From assembly GCA_963700785.1 (NCBI GenBank), contig CAVOYZ010000010.1, forward strand, positions 14,870 to 78,869: a DNA stretch of 64,000 nt. Direction: 5' to 3'. Positions 39,234-48,506 of this stretch are shown here, piece by piece; position 1 is the stretch's first letter, and the number at the start of each line of letters is the position of its first letter. Below the pieces are notes generated by a model. That model saw only the letters and a list, made by a program, of their open reading frames with translations, ran no database searches and was not told where the DNA came from. The translations under genes were made by a program, and so were the position numbers. This DNA comes from an uncultured Solirubrobacterales bacterium (GTDB lineage Bacteria > Actinomycetota > Thermoleophilia > Solirubrobacterales > 70-9).

Positions 39234-40586
39234 TCAGGGGCAGTCCGGGCCGGGCGTCAGCTCGTACGGCTTGAAGTCCTCGAACGGCGGGTGCGGGTGC
39301 TCCGTCCATGAGCACTGCTGCGTCTCGAACGGGTTCGAGGTCACGTAGCCGAGCAGGTCGCCGAGCTGCTGGTCGGGGTCGCCGAGGCTGGCGCCTGTTC
39401 CGGCTGCCGGCGGCGCCGGCGCCGGGCAGGTCGGGTAGAGGAACGCGTCCGTCGCCGAGCTGCTCGGATCGAACGTCGAGCTGCTGTTGCCGGCGTAGCA
39501 GTTACCGCTGCCCGAGCCGTCGCTGAAGTAGTCGACCGCGTTCGTGTCGGTTCCACCGCGACCGTTCGTGTTGTTGGTCATCGTGTTGTCGGTCGAGATC
39601 GCATCGTCGCCGTCGTTGAAGGGGTCCGAGAAGACCGCGGTGCCCCACTTGAAGTTGCCGAAGATCTCGTTGTCCTTGACGACGGTGTTGTCGGTCCCGA
39701 ACAGCAGCACCCCGACGCCGGTCGGGTAGTTGATCGGGTTGCCCCCGACCTCGCCGAGGCCGCCGGTGCCGACGGTGCCGACCGGCGAGTTCGGCAGGAA
39801 GTAGTTGAAGTTGTTCCAGAAGATGTAGTTGTCCCGGATGACGCTGTCGCCGGCCGGCTCGTAGGGCTCGACGTCGAGCGTGTTCGGGGCGATCCCGGCT
39901 CCGTTGTTATAGAAATAGGAGTCCTTGATCGTCACGTAGTGGGAGTTCGTCCCCGAGAAGCCGAGCACGTTCTTGTAGCTCTCCAGCTTCTTCAGGACGT
40001 TCTTCTTCGGGTTCTTGTTCTGAACCGGCGTCGCGCCGACGTAGTAGCCGGAGTCGCCGTGGCCCCAGGCCTCCGACTTGCTCATCTCGCCGCCCTTGCA
40101 GTCGAAGGCGTAGAGCCCGTAGGAGCGGTTGAACTTCGCCCGCAGGTTGCTCATCGTGTAGTTCTTGCAGTCGTGGTAGAAGAACCCGTTGGTCGCGTAG
40201 TTCTGCGCGGTCATGTTCTTGACCGTCACGTTCTTGGCGCCGATCACCTCGACGCCGTTCTGCGCCAGTCCGTTCTCGTTCTTGGCGTTCTTGCCCTCGA
40301 GGACGACCTTCTTCGCGTTCTTCTTCGTGCCCTTGATCGTCAGGCCGTTGTACTTGGACCCGTCGACGATCACGCCCTCCTTGTAGGTCCCGGGCTTGAC
40401 CTTGACCGTCGCATTCTTCTTGCCCTTGAGCTTGTCGACCGCCTTCTGGATCTTCTTCTGGTCACAGCCGAACTTGCAGACGGTGAGCGTCTTGTTCTTC
40501 TTCTTGGCTGCGGCGGTGGCCGGCAGCGCGACGGTCAGCCCCGCCAGGGCGAACATCGTGCAGGCGACGATCAGAAACCTCTTCAT
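39234..40586 (-). CDS. Secreted right-handed parallel beta-helix repeat protein (NosD-like)
   Basis: 450 aa, signal peptide MKRFLIVACTMFALAGLTVALPATAAA. Repeated beta-helix rungs (NGVEVIGAKNVTVKNMT, SHYVTIKDSYFYNNGAGI, SVIRDNYIFWNN, NTVVKDNEIFGN). Lys/Asn-rich. Confidence 0.75.
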   Translation of the reverse strand: MKRFLIVACTMFALAGLTVALPATAAAKKKNKTLTVCKFGCDQKKIQKAVDKLKGKKNATVKVKPGTYKEGVIVDGSKYNGLTIKGTKKNAKKVVLEGKNAKNENGLAQNGVEVIGAKNVTVKNMTAQNYATNGFFYHDCKNYTMSNLRAKFNRSYGLYAFDCKGGEMSKSEAWGHGDSGYYVGATPVQNKNPKKNVLKKLESYKNVLGFSGTNSHYVTIKDSYFYNNGAGIAPNTLDVEPYEPAGDSVIRDNYIFWNNFNYFLPNSPVGTVGTGGLGEVGGNPINYPTGVGVLLFGTDNTVVKDNEIFGNFKWGTAVFSDPFNDGDDAISTDNTMTNNTNGRGGTDTNAVDYFSDGSGSGNCYAGNSSSTFDPSSSATDAFLYPTCPAPAPPAAGTGASLGDPDQQLGDLLGYVTSNPFETQQCSWTEHPHPPFEDFKPYELTPGPDCP

Positions 40587-40706
40587 GAAAATCCAAACCT
40601 CGATCGGTGTCGTGTTTCCGATCCCCGCGGGACCGATTGCTTTCCCCCCAACGCTAAGACCCGCAACCTACCACGGCGACGAAAGTTGCGGTCCCCGCCG
40701 AACCGC

Positions 40707-42749
40707 TCAGGAGCCGACGTCCTCCTGCTCGTCGATCGCGATCGCGTAGCGGTCCCGCTCGCACTCCCTGAGGTGGGCGATGATCTGCTCGGACGCGTGC
40801 TCGACCGCGACCGTGCTCAGCAGACCTAGATCCGCGAGGTGGCGAAGCTCGCGCTCGGAGGCGAGCCGACCGAGATCGGCGGCGTAGTGGCGCTCGGCGC
40901 TTGCGACCGCGACCCGGTCCGCGTTCTCGATCAGCCGGTGCAGGTCCTCGATCGACTTGCCCCGCCATCGCTCGAATCGTCCGCGTGCCCGGTCGATGGC
41001 CGGATCGGGCACCGCTCCGCAGCGGGCGAGTACCTCGATCGCCTCGGCCGCATCGCCGGTGGCGCGGATCCTCGCGCTCGCATCACGGAACGCGAGCTCG
41101 ACCCACTTCTCGGCGGTGAGCCTGCCGCCGTGGATCCGGCGCGCCGTCGCATAGACGATCCGGCCGACCCCGCGGACCTCGAACAGACCCCGATGCGGCT
41201 CGCGGCCGAGCTGCAGCTCGTCGAGCACGTCCTCGAGGGCGTAGAGGGCAACCCGGCCGTGCCACTGAGGCACGAGCCCCTCGTCGATCAGCTCCTCGAG
41301 GGTCCGGCGCTCGACGGCGAGCCCGCGCCGGAGCAGCGCCTGGTAGTGCTCGTCCTCGCTCATCTCCAGCGCCGCGATCTCGTCGGCGGCCGCCTGCTCG
41401 ACCTCGCGGAGCCGTGCCTCGATCTCGGCGTTGGCAGCGATCTCGTGCAGTTCCTCTCGCGCGGCCGCGGCACCGTCGAAACGCGCCGCCGCGGCGACGA
41501 AGCGGCCGACGCGGTCCGGCCGGTCGAGGCCGAGGTAGCGGACCAGGGCCCCGATCGTCGTCGCGTTGATCAGCAGGCTCGCGATGACCACCGCGGCGGT
41601 CATCGCGATGAACGTCTCCTGCTCGGGCAGCGCATCGGGGATCGCCAGCGCCAGCGCCAGCGCGACCCCGCCCCGCAATCCGCCCCAGACGAGGACCAGT
41701 TCGTTGTGTCGGCCGATCTCGGGAATCCGGGCCAGCCGGGTGACGAGCGGCATCACCGCGAAGATCGCCAGCGGCCGGGTGATCGCCACGGCGGCGACGG
41801 CGAGCGCGATCGCGTCGAGGTTGTCGAGGATCAGCCCGGCGTCGATCACGACCCCGATCAGGAGGAAGAGCACGCCGTTGGCGATGAATGCGACCGACTC
41901 CCAGAACGCGTGCCAGGTCTGGACCTCCTCTTTCGGGATCAAGGTGTGGGCGAACGCGGCCAGCACCAACCCGGCCGAGACCGACGCCATGACCCCGCTG
42001 AAACCGAAGATCTCCTCGCCGGCGGCGAACGCCCCGTAGGCGAGCGCGACGGTCAGCGCCGTCGAGGGCAGCCGCCCGAGGCGGCCGGCGATCTCGGCCA
42101 CCCCGAGGCCAAGAGCCGTGCCGAGCGCGACTCCACCTACGAACACCCAGAGGAACTGCAACACGCCCTCGGCGACGCCGACCTGCTCGGTGCCGAGCGC
42201 GGCGACGAGCAGGATGTTGAAGAGGACGATCGCGATCCCGTCGTTGAGCAGCGACTCACCCTCGACCAGCACCAGCAGCCGGTTCGGCACGCCGAGCTCA
42301 CGGAAGGTCGCGGTGACGGCGACGGGATCAGTCGCCGAGATCAGGGCACCGAAGAGCAGCGCCGCGGTCAGACTGATGCCGAGGCCGAAGTGGACCATCA
42401 GCCCGACCAGCACGGTGGCGATTACGAGGGCGACGACCGCGAGCGCCAGGATCGGGACCAGGTTCTTGACGAACACCCGGGCCGGGAGGGCGAGGGCCGC
42501 CTCGAAGACGAGCGCCGGCAGGAAGGCGAACAGCAGCACGTCGTGGAACGTCTCCCCCTCGATCGGCAGCTCGACGCCGGCCCCGCGGGCCAGCTCGCCG
42601 GCCACGAAGCCGACGATCACCAGCAGCAGGGTCAGCGGCACCCGGGTGCGACGGGTCAGGACCGCGAGCAGCGAGGCGATCGCGAGCAGCACCGAGACCG
42701 CCAGGGTGACCTCGGCGATCCCGTCGATTACGACCTCTCCGAGCGGCAT
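40707..42749 (-). CDS. CPA1-family Na+/H+ antiporter (NhaP type) with ~270-aa helical cytoplasmic C-terminal domain
   Basis: 680 aa, GALISATDPVAV, EGESLLNDG motifs, about 12 TM segments. Confidence 0.9.
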   Translation of the reverse strand: MPLGEVVIDGIAEVTLAVSVLLAIASLLAVLTRRTRVPLTLLLVIVGFVAGELARGAGVELPIEGETFHDVLLFAFLPALVFEAALALPARVFVKNLVPILALAVVALVIATVLVGLMVHFGLGISLTAALLFGALISATDPVAVTATFRELGVPNRLLVLVEGESLLNDGIAIVLFNILLVAALGTEQVGVAEGVLQFLWVFVGGVALGTALGLGVAEIAGRLGRLPSTALTVALAYGAFAAGEEIFGFSGVMASVSAGLVLAAFAHTLIPKEEVQTWHAFWESVAFIANGVLFLLIGVVIDAGLILDNLDAIALAVAAVAITRPLAIFAVMPLVTRLARIPEIGRHNELVLVWGGLRGGVALALALAIPDALPEQETFIAMTAAVVIASLLINATTIGALVRYLGLDRPDRVGRFVAAAARFDGAAAAREELHEIAANAEIEARLREVEQAAADEIAALEMSEDEHYQALLRRGLAVERRTLEELIDEGLVPQWHGRVALYALEDVLDELQLGREPHRGLFEVRGVGRIVYATARRIHGGRLTAEKWVELAFRDASARIRATGDAAEAIEVLARCGAVPDPAIDRARGRFERWRGKSIEDLHRLIENADRVAVASAERHYAADLGRLASERELRHLADLGLLSTVAVEHASEQIIAHLRECERDRYAIAIDEQEDVGS

Positions 42750-42802
42750 CGCGGCGAGCGTACCGTCCGCCGGCCCGGGGTGAGCGGGCCGGCCTGGCCC
42801 CG

Positions 42803-44614
42803 TCAGCCCTCGTAGAGGGCGTCCACCTCGCCGGCGTACTTATCGGCCACCACGTTGCGCTTGACCTTCATCGTCGGCGTCAACTCGCCGCCCTCCTGAG
42901 AAAGGTCCTGGGGCAGGATCTTGATCTTCTTCACCTGCTCGACCCGGGCGAACTTCTCGTTGATCCCGTCGATGTGCGCCAGGATCGACGCCTTCACGTC
43001 GGGGTTACCGGCAATCGCCTCGGGATCCTCGGGCAGACCGTTCTCCTTCGCGTACTTGACCGCCTCCTCGGGGTCGAGCGTCACCAGGGCGACCAGGTAC
43101 GGTCGCCGGTCACCGATCACCACGCACTGGCTGACCATCGGGTGTTGCTTGATCTCCGCCTCGAGGTTGGCGGGGGTGATGTTCTTGCCTCCGGCGGTGA
43201 TGATGATGTCCTTCTTGCGGCCGGTGATCTTCAGGAACCCCTCGGAGTCGACCTCGCCGATGTCGCCGGTGTGCAGCCAGCCGTCGACCAGGGTCTCTGC
43301 AGTCGCCTCCTCGTTCTTGTAGTAGCCCTGGAAGATGTTCGGGCCCTTGATCAGGACCTCGCCGTCCTCGGCGATCTTGATCTCGCAGGCGTCAAGCGCC
43401 CGCCCGACGGTGCCGATCTTGAACGCCTCGGGAGTCGAGATCGTGGCGGCGGTCGAGGTCTCGGTCATCCCGTAGCCCTCGAGGATCAGCACCCCGGCGG
43501 CGTCGAAGAAGCGCAGGATCTCCGGGTTGATCGGCGCCGCTCCCGTCAGGCACTGACTGATGTTGGCGCCAAAGGCGCCACGGATCTTCGAGAGGACCAT
43601 CTTGTCGGCGAGGTCGTACTGCCTTTGCAGCAAAAAGCCGGGCTCCTTGCCGGCCCGCTGCTGCTCGCGCACCCGCGTGCCCACCCGCACAGCCCAGTCG
43701 AAGATCACCTTCTTGACGCCGCCCGATTTCTCGACGTCGGAGGTGACGGCGGTGTAGATCTTCTCGAAGATCCGCGGCACCGAGGGGAAGTAGTGGGGGT
43801 TGACCTCGGAGAGGTTCGGGATGATCTTCAGCGGATCGCGCTCCCAGTAGGCGATCACGCCGCCGACGTCGATGCTGCCGAGCTGGATCAGCAGGGCGAA
43901 TGAGTGCGCAAGCGGCAGGAACAGGTAGACGGTCTGCCCCGGCTCGATCACGGCCGCGCGCTGGGTCATGCTCACCATCTCGCGGTAGTTGCCGTGGCTG
44001 ATCACGCAGCCCTTCGGCGGGCCGGTGGTGCCGGACGTGTAGATGAAGGTGCAGATGTCGTCGGTGGTCACCGACGAGTAGCGCTGCTTCCACTCGGAGT
44101 CGTCACGACCCTCGCCGCGGGCCGAGAGCTGGGCCATCGAGATCGTGTCGTCGGTCTCGCCCTCGATCAGGATCACGTGCTCGAGCTTCGGCAGGGTGTC
44201 GCGCACCCGGCGCACCTTGTCGAGCTGCTCGGCGTCCTCGACGATCACCGCCCTGGCGTCGGAGTTCTCGAGCACGTACTGGCACTCCTCGGGCGAGTTG
44301 GTCTGGTAGATCGGCACCACGGTCGCGCCCGCGGTCAGCGCCGCGAAATCGAAGTAGGTCCACTCGGGCCGGGTGTTGGCGAGGATCGAGACCTTGTCGC
44401 CCTTCTCGATCCCGAGGTCGATCAGGCCGAGCGACAGCCTGCGGACGGTCTCGCCCACCTCCCGGTAGCTGCGATCGACCCAGACGCCCGACTCGTTCTT
44501 GTACTTGACCGCCGTCTGGCTGCCGTACCGCTCCGCCGCCAACGGCAGCAGGTCGGCGAGCGTCGCGCTATCGGTTCCCCCGGTCGTCTCCGCACCTGCG
44601 GTCGCGGCCTCCAT
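42803..44614 (-). CDS. fadD: Long-chain fatty acid-CoA ligase (AMP-forming)
   Basis: 603 aa, AMP-binding motif YTSGTTGPPKG, GYGMTE, TGDIGEVD..GFLKITGRKKD. Confidence 0.9.
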   Translation of the reverse strand: MEAATAGAETTGGTDSATLADLLPLAAERYGSQTAVKYKNESGVWVDRSYREVGETVRRLSLGLIDLGIEKGDKVSILANTRPEWTYFDFAALTAGATVVPIYQTNSPEECQYVLENSDARAVIVEDAEQLDKVRRVRDTLPKLEHVILIEGETDDTISMAQLSARGEGRDDSEWKQRYSSVTTDDICTFIYTSGTTGPPKGCVISHGNYREMVSMTQRAAVIEPGQTVYLFLPLAHSFALLIQLGSIDVGGVIAYWERDPLKIIPNLSEVNPHYFPSVPRIFEKIYTAVTSDVEKSGGVKKVIFDWAVRVGTRVREQQRAGKEPGFLLQRQYDLADKMVLSKIRGAFGANISQCLTGAAPINPEILRFFDAAGVLILEGYGMTETSTAATISTPEAFKIGTVGRALDACEIKIAEDGEVLIKGPNIFQGYYKNEEATAETLVDGWLHTGDIGEVDSEGFLKITGRKKDIIITAGGKNITPANLEAEIKQHPMVSQCVVIGDRRPYLVALVTLDPEEAVKYAKENGLPEDPEAIAGNPDVKASILAHIDGINEKFARVEQVKKIKILPQDLSQEGGELTPTMKVKRNVVADKYAGEVDALYEG

Positions 44615-44763
44615 CCTCGCCCTCTCCTCTCGTCACGTCCGGGCCGGGTCGGCCCCCCGGGGAGTGTATGCATGAGCGAGCGGCCGGCGCACCCGGACAG
44701 CGGCCTCGCATGCGATCGCCTCGCGCTCGGGGGTGCGCGGCCCGCCGCGCACGGCTGATCCTC

Positions 44764-44940
44764 TCAGGCGGCTCGCTTGCCGGAGTCGGCCTGAAGCTGG
44801 CGGAGCGAGCTCGCGAACAGGGTCTTGTCGATGCGTCCGTGCAGGATCGGAACCCCCATCTGCAAGCACCTGGCGATCACCTCCTGCCGTTTCATCTGGA
44901 CCTCGTCGGCCAGCTCGGTCGGCGTCAGGTGATTGGCCAA
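44764..44940 (-). CDS. Small helix-turn-helix-like protein, function unknown
   Basis: 58 aa from TTG 44940 (MANHLTPTELADEVQMKRQEVIARCLQMGVPILHGRIDKTLF...), preceded by GGAGGAGGA 6-7 nt upstream. The longer track ORF (to 45045) lacks an RBS. Confidence 0.5.
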   Translation of the reverse strand: MANHLTPTELADEVQMKRQEVIARCLQMGVPILHGRIDKTLFASSLRQLQADSGKRAA

Positions 44941-44990
44941 GATGCGTCCTCCTCCTGCGGGTTGCCGCTGATCCTCTCGCGTCCGCCGAA

Positions 44991-45018
44991 GGTATATCGC
45001 TTGTGGCGGATGTGTCAA
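44991..45018 (-). promoter_or_regulatory. Sigma-70-like promoter for the small HTH gene: TTGACA (comp. 45013-45018), 16 nt, TATACC (comp. 44991-44996)
   Basis: Read on the minus strand: ttgacacatccgccacaagcgatatacc. Confidence 0.45.
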
Positions 45019-45064
45019 GGCCGATTTCGCCCAATTTGCGGGCATCGGACCGGCGCTGCCGCCG

Positions 45065-45828
45065 CTAGACCGGGTTCGGCACGTCGATGAACTCCGCGCT
45101 GACGCCGAACCGATCGGCGATCAGCTCGCCGAGCCGCCGGATCCCGAGCGTCTCGGTCGCGTGGTGCCCGGCGGCGTAGAAGTGGATGCCGCCCTCGCGG
45201 GCGTCGGCGGTCACGTGCTCGGCGGGCTCGCCGGTCAGCAGGGCGTCGAGGCCGAGGGCGACGGCCTCATGCGTGTAGGAGGCGCCGGCTCCCGAGACGA
45301 AGCCGACGGTGCTGATCGGATCGGGTCCGGCGCCGAGCACCTGCGGCTCGCGATCCAGCAGGGTGCCGATCCGGGAGTTGAGCTCGGCGGCCGAGATCGG
45401 CTCCGGCGCGGTGCCGACCACGCCGATCGCGCGGCCACGGGCCGCGGCGAAGCCGGCCGTCGGCTCGAAACCCAGCGCCCGGCAGAGCAGGGCGTTGTTG
45501 CCGACCTCGGGGTGGGCGTCGAGCGGCAGGTGGTAGGCGGCGACGGTCAGCCCATGGTCAGCGCGGCGCGCAGTCGCGCCGCCATCTGCTCGCTCAGAGC
45601 CCTCGGCAGGAACTCCCAGAAGAGCCCGTGATGGACGGCCAGCAGGTCGGCGTCGGCGGCGATCGCCCGCTCGATCAGCTCGAGGTGGGCCGAGACCCCG
45701 GTGACGATCTTGCGAACCTCGCGACGCCCGGGCACCTGCATCCCGTTCGGCCCGTAGTCGTCGAACTCGTCGACCGCGAGCAGATCGTCGCACCAGCCGA
45801 GGATCTCGTCGCGGTCGGCAGAGCTCAT
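45065..45828 (-). CDS. Nif3-family dinuclear metal centre protein (YbgI-like); frame disrupted near 45550-45600
   Basis: N-terminal part MSSADRDEILGWCDDLLAVDEFDDYGPNGMQV...LAVHHGLFW is in ORF 45547-45981. Continuation HGLTVAAYHLPLDAHPEVGNN...AGHHATE is in ORF 45065-46042, one frame off. Confidence 0.85.
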
Positions 45829-45941
45829 CGGCGGCGATCTTTGCACGGCAACGGCCGCCGTGGAGCCGAGCATGGGCAATTCGTCCAGTCGGGGCCAAGA
45901 AGGTGTTGTCGCGGGTGCGCGATCCCGATGCGGGACCTGCG

Positions 45942-46496
45942 ATGACCACGCGGAGAGCCCCAATCCTGTTGGCGGCGGCACTGGCCGCCTGTGCGCTGAT
46001 CGCCGTGCTCGGCTCGACGGCGACCGCGTCGGCCGCCTGCAAGTCCGCCGATCAGGCCGCGCACAAGCTGACCAGCAAGAAGGCCCGCAAGGCGACCCTC
46101 TGCCTGATCAACAAGCAGCGGGCCAAGCACCGGGCTCCGAAGCTGAAGGCGAAGTACTCGCTCCGCAAGGCGGCCAAGCGGCACACCCGGAGGATGCTGA
46201 AGAAGAGCTGCTACTCGCACACCTGCCCCGGCGAGGCCGACCTCGTGGGACGGATCAACGCCACCGGCTATCTGCCCTGCGGGTGCGCCTGGGGCGTGGG
46301 CGAGAACATCGCCTACGGATTCGGGGGGCGAAGCAGTCCCAGGGCGATCGTCAAGGCCTGGATGAAGTCGCCGGCGCACCGGTCGAACATCCTCAGCCGC
46401 TCCTTCGAGCACATCGGCGTCGGGATCAAGCGCGGGGCTCCCGTCGGCAGCGGGCCCGCCGCCACCTACACGACCACCTTCGGCTACCGGCGCTGA
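45942..46496 (+). CDS. Secreted CAP/SCP/PR1-like domain protein
   Basis: Signal peptide MTTRRAPILLAAALAACALIAVLG. C-terminal GENIAYG...WMKSPAHRSNIL...HIGVG pattern of CAP domains. Confidence 0.8.
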   Translation: MTTRRAPILLAAALAACALIAVLGSTATASAACKSADQAAHKLTSKKARKATLCLINKQRAKHRAPKLKAKYSLRKAAKRHTRRMLKKSCYSHTCPGEADLVGRINATGYLPCGCAWGVGENIAYGFGGRSSPRAIVKAWMKSPAHRSNILSRSFEHIGVGIKRGAPVGSGPAATYTTTFGYRR

Positions 46497-46560
46497 CCGG
46501 TCCCTGCCCGGCGCCCTGCCCGGCAACGAACTTCACCTCCCAACTCATATCTCCTGGTCA

Positions 46561-46593
46561 GCGTTCCGGCCCCGCACCGCGGGGCCGGAACGC
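46561..46593 (+). terminator. Strong GC hairpin (14-bp perfect stem gcgttccggccccg / cggggccggaacgc, 5-nt loop) downstream of the CAP-domain gene; no U-tract
   Basis: Read directly; 64 nt after the stop at 46496. Confidence 0.6.
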
Positions 46594-46634
46594 GTTCGCG
46601 CCGACTCTGAGGCCGGCCCGGCTGCCGCGCCGAA

Positions 46635-46640
46635 TACGAT
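46635..46640 (+). promoter_or_regulatory. -10-like hexamer TACGAT 6 nt upstream of ATG 46647 (leaderless-type arrangement)
   Basis: gaatacgatggggtgATG. Confidence 0.3.
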
Positions 46641-46646
46641 GGGGTG

Positions 46647-46916
46647 ATGGCTGAGCCCACTCCCAAGGCCCCGGCGGCTGCAGCGATCGACGGCGGCTTC
46701 GTCGAGTCGCTGATGGACACCGATCTCTACTCGATCGGCGCCTACTTCTGCGATCAGAACCCCGGGCTCGTCGACGAGGTCGTCGAGCGCAGCGCCGAGA
46801 TCGAGGCGGCCGGCCTCCGCGACTGGGCCGAGCGCGAGCGGATGGCGGTCGAGGAGGCGTTCGGCCTGCTGCTCACCGGGCTCGCCGTCCGCTACTACAA
46901 GGCCGTCACCGGCTGA
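46647..46916 (+). CDS. Hypothetical protein (89 aa)
   Basis: Coding-like acidic composition (...DTDLYSIGAYFCDQNPGLVDEVVERSAEIEAAGLRDWAERERM...); no family recognised. Confidence 0.45.
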   Translation: MAEPTPKAPAAAAIDGGFVESLMDTDLYSIGAYFCDQNPGLVDEVVERSAEIEAAGLRDWAERERMAVEEAFGLLLTGLAVRYYKAVTG

Positions 46917-46936
46917 CCTGCGGCCGAGCCGTCGAG

Positions 46937-47617
46937 ATGCGCAACCGCTGGATCCCGATCACTTTCCTGACCCTCGGCGCGATTGGCGTGATTGCCCTCG
47001 TCGTCTCGATCTCGGTCGGGGAGCAGGGCCGGCAGACGATCCGCCTCGACGAGACCGGGGAGGTGCAGGAGCTGATCGCCGGGATTCGCCAGCTCGACAG
47101 CCGGCTCGGCGATTCCGACGCGCCGGTGACGATCAACCTGTTCATCGACGTCCAGTGCCGCGTCTGCGCCGACTATGCGCGCGAGGTGGTGAACCCGGTG
47201 ATCGCCGACTACGTTCGGACCGGGGAGGCGCAGATCATCCTCCGCCATCGTCCGGTCGGGACGAAGCCGGCGACCCTGGGGGCGTTCGGAACCCTGGCGG
47301 CGGCTGAGCAGGATCGCGGCTGGCAGTACGCGGAGATCTTCATGCGGAACCTCGACCAGGTGCCCGAGCTCGGCGTCGACGAGGACTTCCTCAACGAGGT
47401 CGCGGCCGTCACCCCGAAGCTCGATACCGGGCAGTGGGAGCAGGACGTGCTCGACGAGGACGTCCGCGCCCAGGCTCAGGCCGACGACGAGTTGGCCGCC
47501 GAGCTCCGGATCCCCGGCGACACGGCGCTCGTGATCGAGGGCGCGAGTGGCTCAGAGACGCTCGAGCGGGCGCCGCCGCTGGCGGACGTGATCGCAGCGA
47601 TCGAGCGCGTCCGGTGA
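46937..47617 (+). CDS. DsbA-family thiol:disulfide oxidoreductase, membrane-anchored
   Basis: 226 aa, N-terminal TM helix, thioredoxin-type active site DVQCRVCA, DsbA-like helical insert. Confidence 0.75.
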   Translation: MRNRWIPITFLTLGAIGVIALVVSISVGEQGRQTIRLDETGEVQELIAGIRQLDSRLGDSDAPVTINLFIDVQCRVCADYAREVVNPVIADYVRTGEAQIILRHRPVGTKPATLGAFGTLAAAEQDRGWQYAEIFMRNLDQVPELGVDEDFLNEVAAVTPKLDTGQWEQDVLDEDVRAQAQADDELAAELRIPGDTALVIEGASGSETLERAPPLADVIAAIERVR

Positions 47618-47661
47618 GCCTCGTTCCCGGATCGCTGATGCCTGCCATACTCCCGCCACCT

Positions 47662-47735
47662 CGGGGCGTGGCGCAGCCTGGTAGCGCGCACCGTTCGGGT
47701 CGGTGAGGTCCCCGGTTCGAATCCGGGCGCCCCGA
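47662..47735 (+). tRNA. tRNA-Pro (anticodon CGG), CCA not encoded
   Basis: Hand-folded cloverleaf: acceptor CGGGGCG/CGCCCCG, D stem GCGC/GCGC, anticodon stem CACCG/CGGTG with loop TTCGGGT, T stem CCCGG/CCGGG with loop TTCGAAT, discriminator A; 74 nt. Confidence 0.95.
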
Positions 47736-47851
47736 TTGCCTTCACCTCGCGGCCCGCGCGGAGGAACCGGTGGGCGACGACCCGGCCGGTGTAGATTTCC
47801 ATCAGCCGCGCAAACGGCGAACGGAACACACCCGCCACAGAAGGAGACAGC

Positions 47852-48460
47852 ATGGCCTTTTCCGTACCCGATCTTCCCTACGACTACGACGCCCTGGAGC
47901 CGCACATCGACGAACAGACGATGCGGATCCATCACGATAAGCACCATCAGGCATACGTCGACAAGGCGAACGCCGCGCTGGAGGGCACGGACTGGGCCGA
48001 CAAGGAGGTCGACGTGGTCGTCGCCAATCTCGACCAGCTACCGGCGGACAAGCAGGGCCCGGTCCGCAACAACGCCGGGGGGCACTCGAACCACTCCTTC
48101 TTCTGGAAGGTCATGAGTCCCGACGGCGGTGGCGAGCCGAGCGGCGATCTGGCTGCCGCGATCGACGAGACGTTCGGCAGCTTCGACTCGTTCAAGGAGG
48201 AGTTCAAGAACGCCGGCGTCAACCGCTTCGGCTCCGGCTGGGCCTGGCTGATCCACGACGGGACCGGCCTGCTGGTCAGCTCGACGCCGAATCAGGACTC
48301 GCCGATCACCGATGGGCAGACGCCGGTGCTCGGGGTCGACGTCTGGGAGCACGCCTACTACCTCAAGTACCAGAACGTGCGGCCCGCCTACCTCGACGCG
48401 TTCTGGAACGTCGTCAACTGGGACGAGGCGGCGGCGCGGTTCGCCGCAGCCGCCGGCTGA
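47852..48460 (+). CDS. sodA: Fe/Mn-family superoxide dismutase
   Basis: 202 aa, [27 protein letters not shown]...[13 protein letters not shown]. Metal specificity not decidable by eye. RBS gaaggag. Confidence 0.95.
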   Translation: MAFSVPDLPYDYDALEPHIDEQTMRIHHDKHHQAYVDKANAALEGTDWADKEVDVVVANLDQLPADKQGPVRNNAGGHSNHSFFWKVMSPDGGGEPSGDLAAAIDETFGSFDSFKEEFKNAGVNRFGSGWAWLIHDGTGLLVSSTPNQDSPITDGQTPVLGVDVWEHAYYLKYQNVRPAYLDAFWNVVNWDEAAARFAAAAG

Positions 48461-48506
48461 TCGCTGAGAGCATGGGCCCGGGCGCCGAGGCCCGGCCCGG
48501 CCTGTC

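Noticed and set aside
44670-44715. Imperfect inverted repeat gcatgagcgag...ctcgcatgc downstream of the small HTH gene as a terminator.
   Set aside because: The stem is interrupted (5+4 bp with a 2-nt bulge), the loop is 24 nt, and no U-tract follows. Too weak to call.
47618-47851. tRNA-Pro as an integration site for a genomic island.
   Set aside because: No integrase, no repeat of the tRNA 3' end that I could see, and the flanking genes (DsbA-like, sodA) have normal composition.
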